Shown here: positions 58,259 through 64,000 of the stretch, piece by piece
How the letters are laid out: every line of letters begins with the position of its first letter
Numbering within the stretch: the first letter of the stretch is position 1
Translations under genes and position numbers: made by a program
Origin: a virus
Lineage: Duplodnaviria > Caudoviricetes
Direction: 5' to 3' (one strand)
Length of the DNA: 64,000 nt
Virus record (IMG/VR): IMGVR_UViG_3300028549_000507
Span: 1 to 64,000 of that record
The notes under the pieces: model-generated
Seen by the model: only the letters and a program-made list of their open reading frames with translations
The model's database searches: none
What the model was told of the DNA's origin: nothing

Positions 58259-58363
58259 AACATCCGACCTTGTTTAAATTGTTATTAACCAAATTATAAA
58301 TATATAATTTAATAAGATACTTGAAAAAAAAATGAGGTAGTAAATACCACCCCATTAATACGA

Positions 58364-58900
58364 TCAATCTGAGGAAGTTGAGGTAATGGATATAGACTCA
58401 TTATCGATAGCCATTATGGTTAACGTTTCGCCAATAGAACCATTCCACATCTGACCACTGATAGTAACCTTGCCAACTTCACCAAAACACAACTTAGCAA
58501 TGTGCATGTCTGATACAAAGTGTCTTAACTCTAATTTTCTTCGCTCCTTACTAATGATCAACCCATCAGGTTCCTCACAGATAAGTCTTGCCCCATTTTC
58601 AAATCCAATGATCACAGCAAACCGAAAGAATCTAGTAGCATCTGAATTATGTTTGATGAGATCAGTCGTTCTGGCTCTTGTAGTTGGATCATATGCTATA
58701 TATACATTTCTTATAAATCCGGTATCTTGGATAAGTACATATGTATTATCCTCAAGGTGGTCGATAAATTCAATATTATCATCAGTTCCAGTGATGATAT
58801 GTCTTAGTATTTGTACAGATTTCAATCCTCGAAAATCCGTCTCATTAAAATTAACAAACCCAACATTAAGTTCTTCCGAACTACACTTCTGCATATCCAT
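58364..58900 (-). CDS. Cassette ORF, hypothetical
   Basis: Start moved to MDMQK (AGGAG-TTATT-ATG). Confidence 0.65.
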   Translation of the reverse strand: MDMQKCSSEELNVGFVNFNETDFRGLKSVQILRHIITGTDDNIEFIDHLEDNTYVLIQDTGFIRNVYIAYDPTTRARTTDLIKHNSDATRFFRFAVIIGFENGARLICEEPDGLIISKERRKLELRHFVSDMHIAKLCFGEVGKVTISGQMWNGSIGETLTIMAIDNESISITSTSSD

Positions 58901-58982
58901 AATAACTCCTCTTATAATATTATTACACATTTGACATTCGTCCTATGTGTTCACTATTAAATATATAATTTAATATGAATTT
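58901..58982 (-). promoter_or_regulatory. Early promoter plus hairpin leader
   Basis: TATATTTAATAGTGAACA at 58948-58965 (shared with family C), then ACACAT..GAC-GAAT-GTC..ATGTGT. Confidence 0.8.
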
Positions 58983-59018
58983 AAAAAATGGGGTAAATAA
59001 ATACCCCATTAATATAAT

Positions 59019-60068
59019 CTAAAAATCATCCCAACCCGGAAGAGCAGAGCTCATATTATATGAAGTAACTGTAGTCTCGAAGAAGTTGGCTTTAGATGAA
59101 CCTTCTCCTTCCAAGTCTGCAATTCTTTCAAGATGCATATATGGATTCTTAGAGAACTTAGGATCAGTAAATAATTTACTTATACCAATAAATTCCAAAC
59201 GTTCATTAGTAATAAATTTTGTATACTGCTCAATAGAATCATCTGATATTCCGAGTACATTCTTTATAATATGTGTAGACCATTTAATCTCTTGTTCTAC
59301 CGCCATTTTAAACATTTCATTAATCTCTATATCATGAATAGATTCCCATACTTCCGGAGATTCTTTCTTGATTTCATTGATAATATGTTTAAATAATACA
59401 ACATGGAGGAGTTCATCTCTCTGGATAAGTTTGATGATATTAGCTGTACCATTCATCAAATTTCTAGAAGTTAATGTATAGAAGAAATTAAATCCATTGT
59501 AAAAATATATAGATTCAAGAAGATAGTTAGCAATAATAGTCTTCATAAAGTTCTTATTACTAGGATCATCCTCAAAATCTTGATATATAGAAGCTATGTA
59601 TTTATTTCTTTCTAGAAGAACCTCATCCTCACGCCACTTCTCATAAAGAGTATCTCTTGCAGGTTTATCTATAATACTCTCGATAATATATGCATAAGAC
59701 TTCGAATGAATAGATTCAAAGAAAGTTTGCACCGTTAGAGTTAGAGATACTTCTGGAGCTGTAATATACTTGGCTATATTAGGTAAGTTTGTAACCTGAA
59801 TACTATCTAAGAATACTAAGAAAGACAGTATCCCATCATAAGCAACCTTTTCATCAGGAGTTAATTTACGGTAATCTCGTACATCATCTGTAAGAGATAC
59901 CTTCTCCGGAATCCAGAAGTTATTCATCATATTAGTATAAAGGTTGTTTGCCCACTGATATTTAACATTGTTAAGGTTAAATAGATTAGTAGTATTACCA
60001 TCCAAAATACTTCTTTCAGAAAGTTCTTCAGTTCCGGTTTCATTAAATATAAGTTTAGTCTTCATCAT
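59019..60068 (-). CDS. nrdB: Ribonucleotide reductase class I beta subunit
   Basis: NFWIPE, FLDSIQ, ESIHSKSY (radical Tyr), LESIYFYNGF, RDELLH and the FFE C-terminal tail. Confidence 0.95.
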   Translation of the reverse strand: MMKTKLIFNETGTEELSERSILDGNTTNLFNLNNVKYQWANNLYTNMMNNFWIPEKVSLTDDVRDYRKLTPDEKVAYDGILSFLVFLDSIQVTNLPNIAKYITAPEVSLTLTVQTFFESIHSKSYAYIIESIIDKPARDTLYEKWREDEVLLERNKYIASIYQDFEDDPSNKNFMKTIIANYLLESIYFYNGFNFFYTLTSRNLMNGTANIIKLIQRDELLHVVLFKHIINEIKKESPEVWESIHDIEINEMFKMAVEQEIKWSTHIIKNVLGISDDSIEQYTKFITNERLEFIGISKLFTDPKFSKNPYMHLERIADLEGEGSSKANFFETTVTSYNMSSALPGWDDF

Positions 60069-60073
60069 ATCTC

Positions 60074-62332
60074 CTAATTAGCACAGCTTACACATTCTTC
60101 TTTAGACTTTTCAGAACCATCTTTTTGAATAGTTCTTGTATAATAAATAGCTTTACACTCGGATTTCCAAGCGAATATAATATTTTCAAAGATATCCTTA
60201 GCGGTGATATCTGAATTGAGATTGTACACAAGCTCCATACTAATTCCAGTATCGATCCATTTCTGAATAATAGATGTAATACGGATCACATCTCTTTGAT
60301 CTGTAAACTTATTCTCATTATAGAACCATCGTTTAGATCTAATATAAGGTGGGAATACAGGTACATTTCCATTAGAATTCTTTTCGATATGGAACTTAGA
60401 GTATGTAGGAAGAACACTTGCTGTACATCCGATGAGATTAGATGTAGATGTATTTGGAGCAATTGCTGTACATTGTGAGTTTCTTATTCCAAACACTTTA
60501 AGTTTATTGAATAATACTTTCCATTTTTCATACATACTTGAGTTAGAGTATTCATCAATAGTTTTATTGAGGATCTTACCTTTATAGAATTCTGAATTCT
60601 CATATGCTTCAAATGTTCCACGTTCTTTAGCCAAATCTATAGATGAATCATATGTATAATATGCAAATTTTTCAAATAGATTATCTACAAATTCTCCAGA
60701 TTCAGCATATCGTTTATCATTTATAGCTAACAAATCATGCAAACCCATATAACCGATACCGATTACTCTATATAGTCTATTGTGATTATCTGCATCCATT
60801 ACTGGTGGAGTTGTAATTTCTATAGCATTATCAAGTATTCTAACTGCCGTTCTATGGATTTGTTTAATTTCATCTTCATCCGTAATATCTATTTCTGCAA
60901 GATTTATAGAAACTAGGTTACATATATGGGTTTCCCCTATACGTCTAATCTCGGTCGATACTGCAGAATCATGCTCAGATTCCATTATTGAAGATGGTCT
61001 AAAGTTAGAGAATGATTCTACACAGAGATTAGCAGAACCAATATAACCACATTCTTTATTTGGATTATATTTGTTAGCGGTATCTTTGAAGAATATATAT
61101 GGCATACCGGTCTCAATTTGAGTTTTCATGATATGCTTCATAATATCTCTTGCTTGATGAACTCTTTTGAATTTGATCAATTCACTATGTTCGATAGTAA
61201 GATACCAATCTTCAAATGCTTTACCATGAAGTTCGAAGATATTTATACCAAATACCTTTTTAATTTCATATGGATCGAATGTTGTCCAAGGACCACTTTC
61301 TTCAACACGTCGCATGAATATGTCCGATATAACTACTTGTGGGAATACATCAAATGACTTTCTTCTAAGATCACCATTTTCAGTCTGCATTTCCAAGAAT
61401 TCAATAATATCATTGTGCCAAATATCCAATGCGACAGTAGCTGCACCAGCTCTATGACCATTCTGATCTACTGCAATCATTGTATCATTTACAATCTTAA
61501 TCCAAGGAAGAACTCCATTGGATCCTCCGAGTTGTCCTCTAAGATAAGATCCATTTGATCTAATTCTAGATACATTAACACCTACACCACCACCTGTAGC
61601 AGATATATTAGAAATATCTTTTACTGTTTGGAATATGCTGTCTAGGTTATCATCCATTGCTACGATGAAGCAAGATGATAGATTTCCATTAGGACGTCTA
61701 AGGTTTGTTAGGATAGGCGTTGCAAGAGATATCAATTTCCTAGTGATCATACTATAGAATTGGATTGTTACACTGTTGCGAACTTCCGGTTTCTCATTCA
61801 TTGCGAGGTACATTGATACTACCATAAACATTGTTTGAGGGAGTTCATATCCTATAAGATAACGGTTTTTAAGAATGTTTAAACCGGCGTATTCAAACAA
61901 TGCATCATTATCAAAATCCATAGAATTGAAGATTTCTCTAATAGATTCTTCATTATATCTTTCCAATATAACTTTATCATATTGATTCTCTTCAACCATT
62001 TTATTAACAAATGAAACAAACCCATCTACAGTATATTGGTCGAATTTAAGGTTTCGTTTGGCTTCTTTTGTAACTTCATGAAGGAGCATTCTAGCTGCAA
62101 AACTTGAGTAATCTAGGTTATTCAAATCACATTTAGTTACAGCATAGTGAATGATTGATTTCTGAATCTCACTGGTAGTGACAACTTCTGATTTAGAGAA
62201 TGCATCAATGTGGGCTTCTACTTCAAGGTGATCTATAGTGAGTCCTACGGAACAATCTCGTACAACTTTTCTAATTTTTTCAATATCAATTTTACTTTCA
62301 TGACCATGACGGTCAACTACGGTTACGCTCAT
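60074..62332 (-). CDS. nrdA: Ribonucleotide reductase class Ia alpha subunit with ATP cone
   Basis: N-terminal ATP cone, ATPIL, LSSCF, NLCVE, APNTS, KAIYY and C-terminal CVSC. Confidence 0.95.
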   Translation of the reverse strand: MSVTVVDRHGHESKIDIEKIRKVVRDCSVGLTIDHLEVEAHIDAFSKSEVVTTSEIQKSIIHYAVTKCDLNNLDYSSFAARMLLHEVTKEAKRNLKFDQYTVDGFVSFVNKMVEENQYDKVILERYNEESIREIFNSMDFDNDALFEYAGLNILKNRYLIGYELPQTMFMVVSMYLAMNEKPEVRNSVTIQFYSMITRKLISLATPILTNLRRPNGNLSSCFIVAMDDNLDSIFQTVKDISNISATGGGVGVNVSRIRSNGSYLRGQLGGSNGVLPWIKIVNDTMIAVDQNGHRAGAATVALDIWHNDIIEFLEMQTENGDLRRKSFDVFPQVVISDIFMRRVEESGPWTTFDPYEIKKVFGINIFELHGKAFEDWYLTIEHSELIKFKRVHQARDIMKHIMKTQIETGMPYIFFKDTANKYNPNKECGYIGSANLCVESFSNFRPSSIMESEHDSAVSTEIRRIGETHICNLVSINLAEIDITDEDEIKQIHRTAVRILDNAIEITTPPVMDADNHNRLYRVIGIGYMGLHDLLAINDKRYAESGEFVDNLFEKFAYYTYDSSIDLAKERGTFEAYENSEFYKGKILNKTIDEYSNSSMYEKWKVLFNKLKVFGIRNSQCTAIAPNTSTSNLIGCTASVLPTYSKFHIEKNSNGNVPVFPPYIRSKRWFYNENKFTDQRDVIRITSIIQKWIDTGISMELVYNLNSDITAKDIFENIIFAWKSECKAIYYTRTIQKDGSEKSKEECVSCAN

Positions 62333-62362
62333 TGGTTTCTCCTAAAGATAAATACTCGCTAC

Positions 62363-62374
62363 TAATAGACTGTT
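62363..62374 (-). promoter_or_regulatory. Promoter AACA-N6-TA
   Basis: AACAGTCTATTA upstream of nrdA. Confidence 0.65.
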
Positions 62375-62419
62375 TAATCGATTATATTTTTTAAATTTAT
62401 AACGATAGATGATATGTTC

Positions 62420-62460
62420 AAAAAAAAAAGAAGGAGAGCGCAATGCTCCCCTTTCTTTTT
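62420..62460. terminator. Bidirectional terminator, family T2
   Basis: A-tract-GAAGGAGAGC-GCAAT-GCTCCCCTTTC-TTTT. Confidence 0.8.
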
Positions 62461-62692
62461 ATTCTGAAGCCTTTCTAAGGGCACGGCGAAGTGCCGCTCC
62501 CTTATACGCTACGGAGTCATAGATATTCACCCACACGTCGAAATCTCCTTCCGGATCAATAGCGTGTCCGAAGATCCACGCATCTCCATTCATAATGAAC
62601 GAAGTCTGAATAGCCTCAACCCCCTGCACAGATACTTCTGTGATAAGGGTTCTAATTTCTTTGTCGCCGCTGTTTGTTGTAACTTTAATCAT
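62459..62692 (-). CDS. 77-aa cassette ORF, hypothetical
   Basis: Start moved to MIKVTT (AAGAAAAGGATCTATT-ATG); about 46% GC by hand count. Confidence 0.7.
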   Translation of the reverse strand: MIKVTTNSGDKEIRTLITEVSVQGVEAIQTSFIMNGDAWIFGHAIDPEGDFDVWVNIYDSVAYKGAALRRALRKASE

Positions 62693-62812
62693 AATAGATC
62701 CTTTTCTTGGCACACCTGTACCATAGTAAAAATATAGTTTGTTAGAGTATATGGTATAGTCTTTCTATCCATTCTCCACTATTAAATATACACATCAATA
62801 ATCGTTTATTAC
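62693..62812 (-). promoter_or_regulatory. Early promoter plus family-A leader plus CTATGGTAC box
   Basis: TATATTTAATAGT at 62778-62790; box at 62718-62726. Confidence 0.85.
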
Positions 62813-62840
62813 AAAAAGAGAGGGATTGCTCCCTCTCCTT
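62813..62840 (-). terminator. Terminator, family T1
   Basis: GAGAGGGA-GCAA-TCCCTCTC plus T5. Confidence 0.8.
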
Positions 62841-62843
62841 ATA

Positions 62844-64000
62844 TTATCCGCAAGAAAGAGGTTTTCTAATAATAGGTCTATCACTAGAATTTGAAGAATA
62901 TGTAACTCTTCTAGGAGCTTCCCATTCACGTCGTTCTTTGTTCCAATTTTCAACTTTAGTTGGGAATCCAACAACACGAGTGATACGGGATACAATCTCT
63001 GCACCACACATATTACAACTAGTTGTATCGAAATCTCCAATAGTATTATGACCATTTTCACATTCACACGTTACAGGATTAGCCGAGAAGTGTTCACATC
63101 CCACTTCAACCGCATCATTTACAAGATTTTCATTTTGTAATGGAGTTAAAAGTGATCCAATTTGGAAGTGAACAATACCACCACCGGTAAGCATCTGTTG
63201 ATACTTTCCGTCAGTAGCCATACGTTCATAGATAGTAGCATCTTCCCACAATGGAACGAATTGATTACTATATAGAACATTAGTTACAACATCACTACCA
63301 AATATAGCCCTATCAGCTTTAGGGAATTTAGCAGCCATAGACTCACCGGGAATCTCTTCAATATTACCAAAGATCTCATATTTAGAAGAGAACTCGTCTA
63401 CAGAACTCTCAATGATTTCTAAAGCAATCCCGATGAAATCAAGATCTTCATCATTACCAAATTTATGAACAAGAGTTGTAGCCATCTCAGAAGAAGCAAT
63501 TATACCAATAGTAGAGAATAATGCATTATGATTGATCCAACCATTAGAAATAAACTTCTGAAGCTTCTTATCTGCTGTAAATTTGATAAGTTCTTTATGA
63601 GCCTTAAGAACTTTACATGCGTCTTCTACTCTGTTTCTAAGTACTTCTTTGAAGTCTTTTACAGATTTAGATTGCAATGCAACTCTATTAAGATTAATAG
63701 GAACTACACGATGCGAACCAATACCAATACCTTCTCCACCAAATGAGTTTACAGATTTAGCCTGTTCTCTCATTAGAGATTTGAGTAGGTCATAATCGTT
63801 GGAAAACCGACAGTTGTGAGTTATAATTCCATTAGGAAGAGTAAAGTATGGTTCATCTTTATTTTTCATTTCAAAACAGTATACATATTCTTTTTCATAA
63901 TCTTTGATTTTCTCAACTGATTTGATTTTAAAGTAAGTATTGCCATTGAATTTTCTATAAATATGACCATATCCTCGCTTCTGTTTTATAGAATAGAATC
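62844..64000 (-). CDS. nrdD: Anaerobic (class III) ribonucleotide reductase, 3' part, intein-containing; 5'-truncated by the window
   Basis: CRF active-site loop, GGGIVH, Zn site CENGH..CNMC and glycyl-radical loop RVVGF; the frame is open to the window edge. Confidence 0.9.
   Translation of the reverse strand, partial: FYSIKQKRGYGHIYRKFNGNTYFKIKSVEKIKDYEKEYVYCFEMKNKDEPYFTLPNGIITHNCRFSNDYDLLKSLMREQAKSVNSFGGEGIGIGSHRVVPINLNRVALQSKSVKDFKEVLRNRVEDACKVLKAHKELIKFTADKKLQKFISNGWINHNALFSTIGIIASSEMATTLVHKFGNDEDLDFIGIALEIIESSVDEFSSKYEIFGNIEEIPGESMAAKFPKADRAIFGSDVVTNVLYSNQFVPLWEDATIYERMATDGKYQQMLTGGGIVHFQIGSLLTPLQNENLVNDAVEVGCEHFSANPVTCECENGHNTIGDFDTTSCNMCGAEIVSRITRVVGFPTKVENWNKERREWEAPRRVTYSSNSSDRPIIRKPLSCG
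63813..64000 (-). mobile_element. Intein, C-terminal splicing region
   Basis: In-frame ..FKIKSVEKI..YVYCFEM..EPYFTLPNGIITHN followed by Cys(+1) at 63810-63812; these are intein blocks F and G. Confidence 0.92.

Noticed and set aside
16212-62840. Repeated leaders read as a CRISPR array or as integron attC sites
   Set aside because: The repeats are kilobases apart, not regularly spaced, lack the attC GTT/AAC core architecture, and no cas or integrase gene is in the window
1-64000. Stop-codon reassignment
   Set aside because: Core genes are full length in the standard code, and TAG, TGA and TAA all end genes directly before terminators or promoters
1-64000. Phage nucleus (chimallin/PhuZ) system
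   Set aside because: No recognisable shell or tubulin gene in this window; it cannot be assessed here

Overview
This is an AT-rich segment of a large myovirus of the AR9/PBS1/phiR1-37/phiKZ-like jumbo-phage type. Core late genes: prohead protease, paralogous internal head proteins with S-x-E propeptides, major capsid protein, terminase, tail sheath and tube, baseplate proteins, two split beta-prime RNA-polymerase pieces and a GH19 endolysin. It also carries a candidate promoter-specificity subunit, gyrB, nrdAB and an nrdD whose intein runs off the right edge. Two promoter classes are visible: AACA-N6-T(A/G) (17 copies, the AR9 late consensus) and TATATTTAATAGT (10 copies, all on the minus strand). 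The most unusual signal is a set of small minus-strand early cassettes dropped between core genes. Each is built as terminator / promoter core / hairpin leader / optional CTATGGTAC / SD-TATT-ATG / ORF / terminator. Near-identical frames carry unrelated ORFs, the frames are mosaic at the promoter core, and one site looks like an empty scar. Several payload ORFs are packed with perfect 8-11 bp hairpins. All product calls come from motif recognition by eye; no database searches were run.
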